Source: Acanthaster planci
Lineage: Eukaryota
Length of the DNA stretch: 62,000 bases
Reading direction: 5' to 3'
Assembly: GCF_001949145.1 (NCBI RefSeq)
Contig: NW_019091404.1
Coordinates: 1,860,001 to 1,922,000, forward strand
Of this stretch, positions 61,445 through 62,000 are shown piece after piece (position 1 is the first letter of the stretch; each line of letters begins with the position of its first letter). The notes below the pieces were generated by a model. The model worked only from the letters and a program-made list of their open reading frames with translations. It searched no databases and was not told the DNA's origin. The position numbers were made by a program, and so were the translations under genes.

Positions 61445-62000
61445 CTATCGGAGGATACAAAGGAGGGTAGGGGATAGGGAAATGGGTGCGGCCCGGGTTG
61501 GGTCGACAAGATTGGATGGGCACAACACAAAACGTGGGATAAAAAAAAGTGGAACAACGGTGGATTAGGGGAGAGAGGAGTCGTCAGCTCAGACGGTGAT
61601 TTGCAATAATTAACGGAGCACCAATACTAGGCTCAAAAGTCAGCGGGTTCATTGCCAGGTGGGGATGGGTGGAGTCTCGGGCAGGGCAGCATCTGGTATA
61701 GTTTAGCACTGCTAACATTATCAAAATTGTCAACCTACAAGACTAAAGCTCTGGCTAGTTTTCTTGGTCAATTCAGTACGTAAGTCCTCGGGCTGATGTG
61801 TTGTTAGTCTCGTCACATGCAAGGCTTCGTAAGGTTCAACATGCTTACCATTCAACAGTTGAAAGTGAATTAGGTGGCAGGTGGAATGTGGGAGGGGCCC
61901 AAAACTTTCTTTTCCTTTTGGAGCTTTCCAATTGGAATTCCCATTGGGCCCAATGGCAGGACTCAGCTGCTCAGCAGATATTACGGCCGTATCTGAACCA

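Noticed and set aside
61291..61557. Alternative-frame 88-aa ORF over the MORN1 exon
   Set aside because: The other frame matches MORN1 motifs and splices onward correctly.
61849..62000. Upstream MORN1 coding exon ending at the gtaagc donor near 61848 (minus)
   Set aside because: The required phase-0 frame has a TGA immediately before the last codon and shows no MORN1-like sequence.

Overview
Intron-rich (GT-AG) animal genomic DNA, not prokaryotic. It is probably an invertebrate deuterostome such as an echinoderm, which is an inference from gene content and repeat style. I assembled the gene models by hand from splice sites and reading-frame continuity. In order, the window holds: MEPCE/Bin3 (+, 4 exons); DNAJC16 (-, 14 exons); a tandem cluster of four diverged 7-exon LAPTM4-like four-TM genes (-); two intact head-to-head B3GALT6 paralogs around one short bidirectional promoter; SDF4/Cab45 (-, 6 coding exons); and the 3' end of MORN1 (-) with a possible alternative terminal exon. 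Introns and spacers carry many MITEs, SINE relics, a MULE-like relic, a palindromic 24-bp minisatellite and a Penelope-like inverted repeat with a degenerate hammerhead core. The best candidates for something undescribed are the four-gene LAPTM-like cluster with divergent C-tails and the duplicated B3GALT6 pair. Gene identities rest on recalled family motifs; no database search was run.
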